Shown piece after piece: positions 21,228-31,430 of a stretch of 64,000 nt of DNA (the first letter of the stretch is position 1; the number at the start of each line of letters is the position of its first letter). A program made the position numbers and the translations under genes. Origin of the DNA: Bacteroidota bacterium (GTDB lineage Bacteria; Bacteroidota; Bacteroidia; AKYH767-A; OLB10); NCBI GenBank assembly GCA_016713525.1, contig JADJOZ010000001.1, forward strand, positions 716,225 to 780,224. The letters run 5' to 3'. Below the pieces are notes generated by a model, which was not told the DNA's origin, did no database searches, and saw nothing but the letters and a program-made list of their open reading frames with translations.

Positions 21228-22283
21228 TTAATAGAGTGGGCAGGGTGGTTTAATGCCCAAATGTTTTACTTTACGGATGATATAAATAAGTGATAATTCA
21301 TAACCACCTTTTCCATTACTGGCCCGATCGAGATCAGAGGTATTGAAATCATACGACACGCCCACAGTCAGATTGTTATAATCGAATCCGGCAGAAGCAA
21401 TGAAAGCATCTTTGGCACGTAGCCACGAGCCCAGGTAAAGGGCATAATTTCTTCCGGGTAATTCACTCAACCGAAATCGTACCGAAGTGCCTCCGGTAAC
21501 TTCACGGAAGGAACCCTGATTCATGAATATCAATGCAGGAATCAGATCAAATCTGGTGGCAATGGCAAAATCAGCTTTCAGATCAGTCTGTAATCGCGGA
21601 AACATTTTTGCTCCCTCATCAAAAAAGGAATCATCGGGGCGATTGATATGTTGCAAACTTATTCCGGCACCAGCCTTGAAACGATCGTTCACACGAATGA
21701 GATAGGTGAGTCCGGCGCCAAAATCAAAATAACCCTGATTATCGCCACTAAAATTTTCGGAATTCCCGGTGTTGGGATCAAATCCGTCGCCGGTAAATTG
21801 TTCATCAAAGGTCAGATCGGAATAATTGATGGAACGTCGCACATACGAGAATTGTATTCCTCCCGAGAGGAAGTGAATAGAATCGCGGCCGATTGCCCTT
21901 ATTGCACCTGCAGAAATTCCGACTTGCGTAAGGCCCAGTTCAGAATCACCGGCACGATCATTATTGATGAGTAATCCCAGACTATAACGTTGTTTCGATT
22001 CCGGAAAGAAATTTACCGGCATATCAAATGAACCTGAAAAAGTCCGGTAAGGCACCGTAACCGATTTCCACTGCCGTCGGTGATTCGCAATAAAGCGGTA
22101 ATCACCATTGTAAAATCCGGTTAATGCAGGATTTAAATTGAGAGGCGATGACTGAAATTGTGAGAAGTGTATATCCTGAGCATTTACCCCTGTTAATGCA
22201 GGTAAAAACAGCAGACAAAACATTGCAAACCGGATTAAAATACGGTTGGTAACGGTTTGTGGATATATGTTATTCAATTTCAA
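21228..22283 (-). CDS. T9SS membrane protein PorP/SprF family
   Basis: Hallmark N-terminus AQDIHFSQFQSSPLNLNPALTG. 351 aa. Confidence 0.8.
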   Translation of the reverse strand: MKLNNIYPQTVTNRILIRFAMFCLLFLPALTGVNAQDIHFSQFQSSPLNLNPALTGFYNGDYRFIANHRRQWKSVTVPYRTFSGSFDMPVNFFPESKQRYSLGLLINNDRAGDSELGLTQVGISAGAIRAIGRDSIHFLSGGIQFSYVRRSINYSDLTFDEQFTGDGFDPNTGNSENFSGDNQGYFDFGAGLTYLIRVNDRFKAGAGISLQHINRPDDSFFDEGAKMFPRLQTDLKADFAIATRFDLIPALIFMNQGSFREVTGGTSVRFRLSELPGRNYALYLGSWLRAKDAFIASAGFDYNNLTVGVSYDFNTSDLDRASNGKGGYELSLIYIIRKVKHLGIKPPCPLY

Positions 22284-22285
22284 AA

Positions 22286-24611
22286 TTAACGTATTAGAGT
22301 TACATTGCCTTTTTTAAAGAATTTTTCATTGCCGAAGCAGGTTATTTCCAGATAATAAACATACACTGCCGGAGTAGCAAGCTTGTCTTTGTATTTTCCG
22401 TCCCATCCTTTTTTCGGATCGGTAGTTTCAAAAACTTTCTCGCCCCAGCGATCATACACACGGAATAGTAATTCTTTGATAGTATTACCTCTTACATAAA
22501 GCACATCATTATTCTGATCACCATTTGGGGTAAATGCATTTGGGATGAATAATTCAGGTTCTTCACACAATACTTGTTTAATTACAAGCGAAACCGAGTC
22601 AATGTTGGAGCAGCCATTACTATCGGTAATGGTTACATACCAGGTAGTGTTTTCATCGGGAGTAACCACAGGATTTTGAATAGCCGGATTACTGAGGCCG
22701 GCAACCGGAGTCCATGAATAAGTAAAATTACCTGTTGCAACGGCGTTTAGAATTACCGTTTCACCATCAAAAATGGTGTCGCTGGAAATGGTGGCATCAA
22801 GCGGCGGAATAAATGATGAGAACAACACTTCAACACTATCTGTGTAGCTACAATTATTATCATCGGTAACAGTTGCGGTATACCAGCCGGGACATAATCC
22901 GGTGGCTACTGTTCCTGTTTGTTGCTGCGGATCATTCCAGTTAATGGTATAAGGAGTTGTGCCTCCCGTAAGATTAATGGTGGCGCTACCAATACACAGT
23001 CCGTTACAGTAGGCATCTGTTGCATTAATTGTTGCTGCCAGGGGTAACGGATTTGTTATAACAGACGTGGTTGTTGTACTGCAGCCTGTGGAATCTGTGA
23101 TGGTAACAGTATAGGTTCCTGCACACAGACCAGTGGCTGTAGCCGATGTTTGTGCAGCCGGATCATTCCATAAATAGATTAATGGTCCGTTGCCATTGGT
23201 GACATTTACAGTTGACTGGCCGTTGCATTCACCGGCACATCCTGCTTGTCCGTTGGAAGCAATTGCTGCAATTTTTGGCGGAATAATTATAGTTTGACTA
23301 ATTGTTTTTCTGCAACCCCTTGCCGATTGAGCCTGCAAAATCACATTATAAGTTCCGGGGCCGGGGAATGTGTGAGTAGGGTCGGTGGTATTTACCAGTG
23401 GGGAACCATCACTGAAGTTCCAGCTCCATTGCGATGTTGCTCCACTGGCCGTGTTGCTGGTGTCATCGAATGTTACTGAGAACGAACATGGATTTAAATT
23501 GTAACTAAAGCCTGCCTGATAAGCAGGTAATAATGTTACTTCACCCACGGTAGTATCGGCACATGCCGGATTGAAAATGGAGTAGGCGATAAGTGTTACA
23601 TTATAGGTTCCTGTATCGGGATAAGTGTAGGCAGGATTGACCTGCAAAGAAGTATCGGCCAGTGTTGTAGGATCACCAAAATTCCAATTATAGGATATCG
23701 CACCAAAACTATTATTGGTGAATTGCACAGAATTGCTTCCACAGGTTAAAACGGGGGTCTGCAAAGCAGCAACTACGAGGGTGGGACATGGTTCCACATT
23801 TAACTGATAATCGCGGCGGGTTTTGGAAAGCAATACACCATTACGGTATTCATTAACGCAAACACCAATTACAAACTGACCAATGGTATTGGGACAGGTT
23901 ACTCAAATTGTATGGAGGTTGAAAAATAACATTCTGGAAGGGTGGTGCATAGCTGTTTATGGTGTTTTGATCGAGAATAGGAATATTCTGATCGGCACCA
24001 TCATAGGGATTACATATTTCATAAACCAGTGAATCGCCCTGCTGATCGATTGCGGAGTGATCGAAGACGAAATCCAGACCTGCACAAATGAATGGTGGTG
24101 GCAACTGTGTAAAAACCGGGTTGCTGTTTACGGCCGGTGAACCGGGAATAGTTGCGTAGGCAGTAATTCCAACATTCAGTGGATTTACAATATTGTTGAT
24201 GGTCTGATTCCGGCAACATCGCTGATAACCTAACTGATATCCTCCCGGACGTGGAGGAAGTGTTATCGTTCCGGAATACCTCGCAAATTCGTAGCATACA
24301 TCGACAGGAGGAATGAAACAAGGCGAATTGATGATGGGAGGAATGGTATCGGAAGCAATAATTGGCAGATAAAGATAAGTGATTAGAGTATTGTTGGCGT
24401 CCCAGATTCCAATAAAAGCGGGGTTATCGAATGGAGGAACTCCATTGTAACAGTCGCGGTAAACAGTAAGGTTTATCTGGTATATATTATTTCCATTATA
24501 TCTATAATACAGCTCACCTCCAACAATATGCGTTGCAAAAAGTTGAAATTGGGACAGGAGAAGAATAAAAAACAGAATTAATTTACGGGCCATAAATAAG
24601 TCGCGAGCCAC
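22286..24611 (-). CDS. T9SS type-B CTD cargo protein (SprB repeats), frameshift near 23853-23905
   Basis: Track ORFs 23853-24611 (signal peptide plus ATHIVGGELYY N-terminal domain) and 22286-23833 (TTG start, SprB repeats, C-terminal FTPNGDQNNDV...RWGEKVF CTD) lie in different frames. The downstream frame stays open back to 23900, giving ...CPNTIGQFVIGVCVNEYRNGVLLSK. Confidence 0.7.
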
Positions 24612-24704
24612 CGTTTTGTCGGTTGCTCAATATTACCCTAAAATTATAAAATAGCAGGGATTGGTAGGTAAAAACTTTCAACTTTATTTTGTTGAAAAGA
24701 AGCA

Positions 24705-25316
24705 TCACCTGACTTTGACTGTCAACAGGTGCATTTCACCAATAAATGCCTCCAGCAGATCGCCTTTCACAACAGGGCCAACTCCTTTAGGGGTTCCGGT
24801 AAAGATAAGATCACCTTTTTTGAGAGTGAAATATTGTGATACGAAAGCAATGATAGTATCAATTTTGAAAATCATGTCGGATGTATTTCCCGATTGCACC
24901 AACTGACCATTCTTTTTGAGTGAAAAATCAATTTGCTGAACATCTTCAAATGACGATTTATCGACGAATTTCCCTACAGGAGCGGAACCATCAAAACCTT
25001 TTGCCAGCTCCCAGGGTAATCCTTTTGCCTTCAATGATGCCTGCAGATCGCGTGCTGTGAAATCGATACCAATGCCGATTTCTTCATAGTATTTGTGAGC
25101 AAATTTTTCCTGAATATTTTTACCAAGTTTGCAGATTTTCACCACAATTTCGGTTTCGTAATGAATATCGGCTGAGAAGTCGGGCAGGAAAAAGGCTGCC
25201 TTTGCTGATTCTGGGCTGTTTCAGGTTTCAGAAAAATTACCGGTTGTTCATTCACCGGATTGTTGAGTTCTTTGGCATGTTCTGCATAATTCCTGCCAAC
25301 ACATATTATTTTCATG
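24705..25316 (-). CDS. fumarylacetoacetate hydrolase (FAH) family protein, frameshift near 25195-25215
   Basis: N-terminus [34 protein letters not shown] reads from an ATG at 25316, whose ATGA overlaps the GT2 stop. After a 1-nt shift it continues [27 protein letters not shown] into track ORF 24705-25145, which ends [15 protein letters not shown]. Confidence 0.7.
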
Positions 25317-26295
25317 ACTTTTTTATTGAAGGATCGAAATGCAATTCACTGAATTTTTTCTTCTTAAGAATGAAATATTCCCAGGCAATATTTCCCTTGT
25401 AAATAGTTTGTTCTTCATTTCTGATAGCACCTTCGCGACGTTTGTACATGCCTTTCAAAACACGTTCATAGAAATGAAAGTGAGCTTTCAGCACAGCCAG
25501 GCAATCGCCAATTCCGCCTTGCAATAAAAACTTAAATCCTGCCACACCATCCAGTAAGAGGCGCACCACAATTACCGGAATGAGTCGGCTTGAAGGTAAA
25601 TTTTTATAGAGCATGGAAAGATTATTCCGAAAGTTCAGATATGTTTTTCTGGGATTGTTTTTTGGTAAAGTGGCACCCCCTACATGATATACGGTAGCAT
25701 CGGGTACGCAAAAAATATCATACCCCATATTTCGGATTCTCCAGCACAAATCAATTTCTTCCATATGGGCAAAGAAGTGATCATCGAATCCACCCGCTTT
25801 TTTAAAAACAGATGACCTGATCATCATGCAAGCTCCGGAAGCCCAGAAAACCGGTGTGGGGGTATTGTATTGGCCTTTATCTATCTCGAGATCTCCAAAT
25901 ATCCGGCCTCTGCAAAACGGGTATCCGAAAGCATCAATAAATCCTCCGGCAGCACCTGCATATTCAAACTGCTCAGGGTGTTTATGCCATCTCAATTTAG
26001 GCTGGCACACGGCTGTGGCCGGATGTTGATCCATGTAACTAATCAGTGGTTCGAGCCACCCGGATGTGACTTCTACATCGGAGTTAAGCAGCAAGAAGTA
26101 TTCGGCATCCACTTTTTGAAGTGCATCGTTATAACCCTTAGCATAACCTTCATTGACAGGATTTTCAACTATTACTACTTCCAGATGCGTGGTTTTTAAC
26201 CAGGAAACGGAACCATCAGTAGAAGCATTATCAGCAACAATCACGGTCGCAACATTTCTGCTATGTGCTATTACTCCGGGAAGAAACTGTTCCAT
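25312..26295 (-). CDS. glycosyltransferase family 2
   Basis: GT-A fold N-terminus ([12 protein letters not shown]...LLLNSDVEV). 327 aa. Confidence 0.8.
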   Translation of the reverse strand: MEQFLPGVIAHSRNVATVIVADNASTDGSVSWLKTTHLEVVIVENPVNEGYAKGYNDALQKVDAEYFLLLNSDVEVTSGWLEPLISYMDQHPATAVCQPKLRWHKHPEQFEYAGAAGGFIDAFGYPFCRGRIFGDLEIDKGQYNTPTPVFWASGACMMIRSSVFKKAGGFDDHFFAHMEEIDLCWRIRNMGYDIFCVPDATVYHVGGATLPKNNPRKTYLNFRNNLSMLYKNLPSSRLIPVIVVRLLLDGVAGFKFLLQGGIGDCLAVLKAHFHFYERVLKGMYKRREGAIRNEEQTIYKGNIAWEYFILKKKKFSELHFDPSIKKS

Positions 26296-26532
26296 CAGCT
26301 TTTCCCATTCCAGTTAAGAATAACAACAGCAGTTTTCAAATGCAGTATTTATTGGTCAAAAATAGTGAAGCGCAAAATTAACAATCCCTGCTTCATACCA
26401 ATCAGGAAATCCGAAATTACATGGAATAATATACCAATGTTTGAAATAACCTTGTGATTGCAGGGGAGTTAGGGGTAATCTCACCCGTTTCCATCCTGCC
26501 AAAGCAGCTAAAACAATAAGCCTGTAAAATGA

Positions 26533-28005
26533 TTATTTCGGATTGCTGAAATTTTCTCCTGCTTTATTTCCGAAATAATCGGCGCCTTTATTTTTTTCAT
26601 CAAAATCGAGGCTTTGGGTATCTCTTTTATAAATTTCGAGTTCCCAGCGATCGTTGTTTGGTTCGCCTTGCGCATCGGAATGTAACAACATAAAATCGTT
26701 CGTTACCAGATCCGGATTATAGAAAACAAATTTGCGATTCGATTGCTGACCGATTTTATAATAGTGCCATACTTCATAAGGATATGCACTTGGCTCATTA
26801 TAACTTTTGGTGATGGTATTCGGAGGTCCGTATTTGAGATAAACCCGGCCCCTTTCTGTGGTGTATCCTTTGGCAATTCTGGTTCCGAAATCATTGTTCA
26901 CACGCATCACTTCTATGCGGTAATCCATCCAGGCCTTCTCAGGATTTACAGGGCTTCGCTTCGTCCAGAAATCATAGAAAAACTGCTGCATGATTTTTAC
27001 ATCTGCCAGCTTCATCTGATTGGCCAGAAATGTCTGCTCTAACTGATTGGCAATAGGAGTAAGCGAATGGATGTAATCAATGAGGGAATCTTTATTGGTG
27101 ATGGCAGATGCAAAAGTATTTGCGACATCGCGTTGCTGAAAATTATCTGTTTCAGGCAGCGTGACTACGTTGCTTCGCTGAATGAAAGTAGAATTTGTAG
27201 CAATTAGTTCATTTTGCTGATTCCTGACTTCAATTACTAAATTGTAGTTTCCGGATGGCAGATCAGTGATCGGTATTTCGCGCAATAATACATTTACTTT
27301 TTCAAGATTTTGTTTCACGAAACCTCTCATGGCTTCTATAACACGCTTCGATTCCGCTGTTTCAATGAAGTAACTTAATAAATATGGTGATCCACTCATT
27401 ACTTTGTCTGTGTTATAGACTTCAGCATAAAATTTTACAGATTTATTATTGGTGTTAAAGAAATTATCTGCGAAAGGGATCAAATCAAAACCACTCTTCG
27501 AAAGTATCCCAGGAGTTACTGTTTTGGAGTACGATTCAATGAGCTCAATATCTGAAATGGCAACTATATTATTGTAATATTCAATGGTAACCGGTTGCGT
27601 CACATTGTAGGGTTTCTCAGGAGTGTTTTTGTCGCGGATTAACAATTCCAGTGCATATTTCCCATTGGGTAACTGAACCCGTTGCTGATCCAGGAAACTA
27701 AAATCCAGATTTATGGTGTCTTTAACTTCCGGACTCAACAAATTGTATTTGTCAGCATGACGAATTCCATCAGCATCCTTATAAGTAACAGCTATTTCAA
27801 TTGCTCCCTGAAACATGCCATTGGCATTTTTGGCATAAACCACACTTTTGCCGTTCACCGACAGATACGTTTCGATATACGGACCATTTTCAGGCGAGTA
27901 AAAAGTCTTGAATGAAAATAGTGCCTGAAGATTTTTTGCATTTCCCACCGTTAAATTGAGGGAAATAAGTGCTGCCAATACTAAAATACGCTTCATAGGG
28001 TTCAA
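26533..28005 (-). CDS. GWxTD domain-containing secreted protein
   Basis: Signal peptide. C-terminal region KGYTTERGRVYLKYGPP...YEVWHY matches the GWxTD-family pattern (GYTTE variant). Confidence 0.6.
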   Translation of the reverse strand: MNPMKRILVLAALISLNLTVGNAKNLQALFSFKTFYSPENGPYIETYLSVNGKSVVYAKNANGMFQGAIEIAVTYKDADGIRHADKYNLLSPEVKDTINLDFSFLDQQRVQLPNGKYALELLIRDKNTPEKPYNVTQPVTIEYYNNIVAISDIELIESYSKTVTPGILSKSGFDLIPFADNFFNTNNKSVKFYAEVYNTDKVMSGSPYLLSYFIETAESKRVIEAMRGFVKQNLEKVNVLLREIPITDLPSGNYNLVIEVRNQQNELIATNSTFIQRSNVVTLPETDNFQQRDVANTFASAITNKDSLIDYIHSLTPIANQLEQTFLANQMKLADVKIMQQFFYDFWTKRSPVNPEKAWMDYRIEVMRVNNDFGTRIAKGYTTERGRVYLKYGPPNTITKSYNEPSAYPYEVWHYYKIGQQSNRKFVFYNPDLVTNDFMLLHSDAQGEPNNDRWELEIYKRDTQSLDFDEKNKGADYFGNKAGENFSNPK

Positions 28006-28370
28006 TTTAGAATGCTAAATTAAGCATTTTGAACCATTTTTATTGACATAATAATGTCATTTTTTCATTTTCTCTAAGGGTTTTCCCTGAGAAGGGGTTT
28101 AAACGGTAAAAGATAGTCGTACCAAGGGTTCTAGACCATTTTCAGGTGCATTTTATGCTGTACTGAGGGTGCTTTTTGAAAATTGTTAATATTTTTTTGA
28201 ATCATAGCATTGAAAGTAACAAAAACCGTGTAATTTTGCTTCCGGCCATTTGGGCAGAGTGGCTGAGTACATGCCGGGGAGTGGGACTTTTGTTCCACCT
28301 CCGGTTTCCTATAATCTGACCCGAAATAACTCCCCTGGATAGGTGCAAACCTTCCTAATTTTCTGCCCGA

Positions 28371-28397
28371 TCCCGGTCCTTGCGACCGGGATTTTTG
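28371..28397 (+). terminator. intrinsic terminator-like hairpin (8-bp stem TCCCGGTC/GACCGGGA, loop CTTGC, then TTTTTG)
   Basis: Seen directly. No annotated plus-strand gene lies upstream, so it may terminate a small unannotated transcript (see findings). Confidence 0.5.
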
Positions 28398-28502
28398 TTT
28401 TCAGGAGTTTTAAAGTCATTTCCTGAACTTAAGATTTGCCGGGTAATGGTTTTTATTTACTTTTAGCTATCGATTTCATGTCGCACATCTAAAAACTGAA
28501 TC

Positions 28503-29930
28503 ATGACTCCAAAAATTTTACTCCCGTTCTTACTCATTCTAATCTCCTTTTCGGCCAACGCACAGAAGTATGGCAACACCTGGTATTTTGGCGATAAAGC
28601 CGGCATGCATTTCAATAACTGTAATCCCATTCCAGTTCCTACCAGTAACATCGATGGTTTTGAATGTTGCGCCACGTACAACGATACTTCCGGTCAGGTG
28701 TTGTTTGATACGAATGGTGAGAAAGTGTGGAACCGCCTGAATAATGTGATGCCAAACGGACAAATTTCTTCCAGTGGAAGTACTAAAAGTCAGACCATCA
28801 TTATTCCTTTCCCGGGATCCGATTCACTATACTACATAATCACTACCTGTATTCAGGGACAACCTGCATCAGTGTCCGAATTTCATATTGTGGATATGAG
28901 TCTGAATAATGGATATGGCGATGTTTCAAGTAAAAATAATCAGCTCACCACTGCCGTTCCTACCGAACAAGTTGCAGCTACGTATCATGCGAATGGCACC
29001 GATATCTGGTTGGTTTTACATGAATACCTGACAAATAATTTTCTCGTCTTTCATGTTACTCCCGCCGGAATACCTGCTTTCCCGCAATATTATCCGGTTG
29101 GTACCGGCCTGCTCCCTTGTTCGAGTAATATGAATGCACGCGGACAAATTAAGTTTTCTCCCGATGGGAGCAAACTTGCCATTAATGGTAATGGTGTTGG
29201 GAATGATAACCTTTCAAACCTTCTTTCTCTTTACGATTTCGATATCAATACCGGTGTGGTCTCGAATCCCATTGATTTGCCATTCAGCCGAGGCGATTTT
29301 TCACTTTCGTTTTCACCTGATAACACCAAATTGTATGGTGCTACCTGGAAGGCATTTAATTTTACTGCAAGCGATTATAACATTCTTTATCAGTTCGATT
29401 TATCGAGTGGGGTGCCATCAACTATTATTAATTCGAAAGTAATATTAGATTCTATACCGATTCCGCAGTCTTTTGGCGATATGAAACTAGGTCCCGATGG
29501 CAGAATTTATATCGCCCGCAATAATTCTGATTTCCTCGATGTAATTCGTTTCCCCAATGTAGCTGGTGCCGGCTGTACCTATGTAGAATACGATTTTCAC
29601 CTTGGCGGGAAAACTTCCACATTCGGACTGAACAATTACATTGAATACCGCAATTACTGTGACAATACGGTTTCAGTAAATGAAGTTAACGGGAAGGTAA
29701 AACCACAACTTTATCCGAATCCGGTTAATTCATTGACACACCTGAAACTGAATGTTGTTGTTGCAGATGCAACTATTTCAATCAGCAATTCTACCGGACA
29801 ACTTGTGAAGCAGCTATCTCAGCTCAATGGTTCGGAGTTAAAAATCGATTGTGCAGGACTAATTCCGGTTTTTTATGTGATGCAGCTCCATGAAAAGGCA
29901 GGTTGCTTACAACAGAGAAACTGGTGGTAA
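28503..29930 (+). CDS. secreted beta-propeller-like protein with T9SS type-A C-terminal sorting domain
   Basis: Signal peptide (FSANAQ) and C-terminal LYPNPVNSLTHLKLN...ATISISNSTGQLV...GLIPVFYVMQL type-A CTD. The last ~20 aa may be affected by an indel near an A4 run. Confidence 0.65.
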   Translation: MTPKILLPFLLILISFSANAQKYGNTWYFGDKAGMHFNNCNPIPVPTSNIDGFECCATYNDTSGQVLFDTNGEKVWNRLNNVMPNGQISSSGSTKSQTIIIPFPGSDSLYYIITTCIQGQPASVSEFHIVDMSLNNGYGDVSSKNNQLTTAVPTEQVAATYHANGTDIWLVLHEYLTNNFLVFHVTPAGIPAFPQYYPVGTGLLPCSSNMNARGQIKFSPDGSKLAINGNGVGNDNLSNLLSLYDFDINTGVVSNPIDLPFSRGDFSLSFSPDNTKLYGATWKAFNFTASDYNILYQFDLSSGVPSTIINSKVILDSIPIPQSFGDMKLGPDGRIYIARNNSDFLDVIRFPNVAGAGCTYVEYDFHLGGKTSTFGLNNYIEYRNYCDNTVSVNEVNGKVKPQLYPNPVNSLTHLKLNVVVADATISISNSTGQLVKQLSQLNGSELKIDCAGLIPVFYVMQLHEKAGCLQQRNWW

Positions 29931-29965
29931 GCGGGGATTAATTGTTTGATTTGAATGAGTGCTTT

Positions 29966-30166
29966 TCAGGAAGCAAGTCCCAAATTAATCACCATGTGTA
30001 CTGCCAGCAGCAAAAATCCCAGAAGCAACAGGATGGATATCAGGAATACTATGGTTTTAATGTAATTGACTTTCCATGATAGCAATAGCCGTCGGATACT
30101 AACTAACTTTTGTCGCGTTTTATAATCCATATTTTGGTACAAACCGGTGCGGGATTGTTGTGGCAC
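29966..30166 (-). CDS. hypothetical small membrane protein
   Basis: 66-aa ORF with one strong TM helix. It may be spurious. Confidence 0.2.
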   Translation of the reverse strand: MPQQSRTGLYQNMDYKTRQKLVSIRRLLLSWKVNYIKTIVFLISILLLLGFLLLAVHMVINLGLAS

Positions 30167-30411
30167 AAAGTAGTGGCGGTATGTTAACTGAAGGTAAAGT
30201 GAGTCCGCAGAATTTTGCAGTATTGAACAATTTTTACTAAAAAGTTACAATTGCGGGGCTCAGCCTTATTAACAGCCTGTTGATAAATAAAATAACAATA
30301 TTTTGTTTTATACCATAACTTTTGTATTTTTGATCTACCAGGAACAGATTCTGTGAATATAGGTTGTACTGCCCCGCAGCATTATAAGTCAGTAGTTTCT
30401 GTCAAACTAAG

Positions 30412-30452
30412 CCGATCATTTCCACCTGTACTCGGGAGTGATCGGTTTTTTT
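30412..30452 (+). terminator. hairpin plus T7 tract (CCGATCA...TGATCGG with a 20-nt loop)
   Basis: Seen directly. It lies downstream of a possible structured region (30250-30400) in which GCGGGGC pairs with GCCCCGC. Confidence 0.35.
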
Positions 30453-30740
30453 ATTGTATATAGTTGATAGTAAGTTTGTTATACATCAAAAAGCCCTGTT
30501 TTTAATTTGGATTCCGAATTTTGTAGTTTATGACATTTCGCGGACCTCATTTCGAATAAAAAATGTCGCCCAAAACCGGTTGATGTTGAAACGGCAATGA
30601 TGAAAAAATGCCGTAAAAAACCAATCTGTAAAAATCAGCGAACAAATTTCAAGTTCTGAATAGCATCCAACAAAACATAAAATATGTTCATTTTCAGCGA
30701 GTTTAAAACGCCATCAACCTCAAATTTTTTTCTATTCACA

Positions 30741-30770
30741 TTTGGCTGACATAAACCTAAATGTTCTACT
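30741..30770 (+). promoter_or_regulatory. Bacteroidota-type promoter for tRNA-Ser (-33 TTG ... -7 TACTTTTG)
   Basis: TACTTTTG matches the TAnnTTTG -7 consensus ~10 nt upstream of the tRNA 5' end, with TTTGG about 22 nt further upstream. Confidence 0.5.
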
Positions 30771-30779
30771 TTTGCCCCC

Positions 30780-30869
30780 GGAGAGTTGGCAGAGCGGTCG
30801 ATTGCGGCAGTCTTGAAAACTGTTGAGGTGTTAAAGCCTCCTGGGGTTCGAATCCCTAACTCTCCGCCA
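30780..30869 (+). tRNA. tRNA-Ser (anticodon UGA), type II with long variable arm, CCA encoded
   Basis: Cloverleaf was built by hand. Acceptor GGAGAGT/ACTCTCC, D-arm GCA..TGC, anticodon stem GCAGT/ACTGT with loop CTTGAAA (anticodon TGA), variable arm GAGG...CCTC, T-arm TGGGG-TTCGAAT-CCCTA, discriminator G, then CCA. Confidence 0.85.
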
Positions 30870-30880
30870 ACAAAAAATCA

Positions 30881-30910
30881 ATGCCCCTTTCGGGGCATTT
30901 TTTATTTTAT
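30881..30910 (+). terminator. intrinsic terminator after tRNA-Ser (ATGCCCC-TTTC-GGGGCAT then a T-tract)
   Basis: Perfect 7-bp GC-rich stem followed by TTTTTTATTTT. Confidence 0.7.
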
Positions 30911-30953
30911 GCCGTTGCCAAGCTTGCTTGAGCAAAAGGCAGAAATAAAAAAT

Positions 30954-31326
30954 GACGGCACAAAGTGCCGCATTGGTTTTTTGTTGAAGCCACCCCCAAA
31001 AGGGATCAGCGAAGCTAATCCCTTTTGGGAAAAAGCCCTGATCAAACTTGTTTGAATCGGGGCTTTTGCTTTTTCCAGCAACCAACCTTGGTTGGTTGCT
31101 TTTTGTTGAAGCCACCCCCCAACGGGATCAGCGAAGCTAATCCCTAACACCAATAAGAACCTGCAGCAACCAACCTTGGTTGGTTGGTTTTTGTTGATGC
31201 CACCCCCTAACGGGATCAGCGCAGCTAATCCCTAGCAAAAATCGCAGACCAATATCAACCAACTTTAGTTGGTTGTTTTTTGTTGAAGCCACCCCCAAAA
31301 CGGGATCAGCGAAGCAACAATTCGCA
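30954..31326 (+). repeat. tandem modular repeat array (4 units, ~88-bp period). Each unit is a palindromic hairpin with a T-tract followed by a conserved 45-nt motif TTTTTGTTGAAGCCACCCCC(N)AACGGGATCAGCGAAGCTAATCCC.
   Basis: Motif copies at 30975-31022, 31100-31144, 31188-31232 and 31277-31326. The preceding hairpins are CGGCACAAAGTGCCG, GCAACCAACCTTGGTTGGTTGC (twice) and CAACCAACTTTAGTTGGTTG. An extra terminator-like hairpin sits at 31032-31074. Confidence 0.75.
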
Positions 31327-31430
31327 TGCCTGTGTCGATGCCAGGTAAAACCTTTTGAACTGGATAAGGAAGAAAATTTCACGTTGGATACGGGAATTAA
31401 GGTTTGTTCCCATATAATTTTATTACATTT
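31318..31430 (+). promoter_or_regulatory. conserved ~110-nt upstream element, copy A (core CTTTTGAACTGG...GAAAATTTCAC..GGATACG.GAATT at 31352-31400)
   Basis: A near-identical element recurs at 33228-33340. Each lies ~200 nt upstream of the next start codon (31552 and 33458). Confidence 0.5.

Noticed and set aside
28230-28340. tmRNA, SRP RNA or a tRNA-like element in the GWxTD intergenic region (a GCAGAGTGGCTGAGT D-arm-like string and a CCACCTCCGG string).
   Set aside because: No full tRNA cloverleaf can be built. There is no SRP GGAAGGAAGCAGC helix-8 motif and no tmRNA tag-reading frame or terminal tRNA-like domain. It is kept only as a generic candidate sRNA.
30954-31326. The repeat array considered as a CRISPR array.
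   Set aside because: The repeats are ~66 nt including a hairpin and T-tract and are imperfect. The spacers are only 20-25 nt. There is no leader and there are no cas genes. The architecture is a terminator-like hairpin plus motif, not CRISPR.
30786-31382. Four overlapping ORFs in the track (30786-31055 plus, 30831-31115 minus, 30902-31153 minus, 31137-31382 minus) with repetitive peptide motifs such as GISFADPFWGWLQQK.
   Set aside because: They lie entirely within the tandem hairpin/motif array. The repeated peptides are translation artefacts of repeated DNA. Both strands are 'coding', there are no credible starts, and they overlap a tRNA and its terminator.
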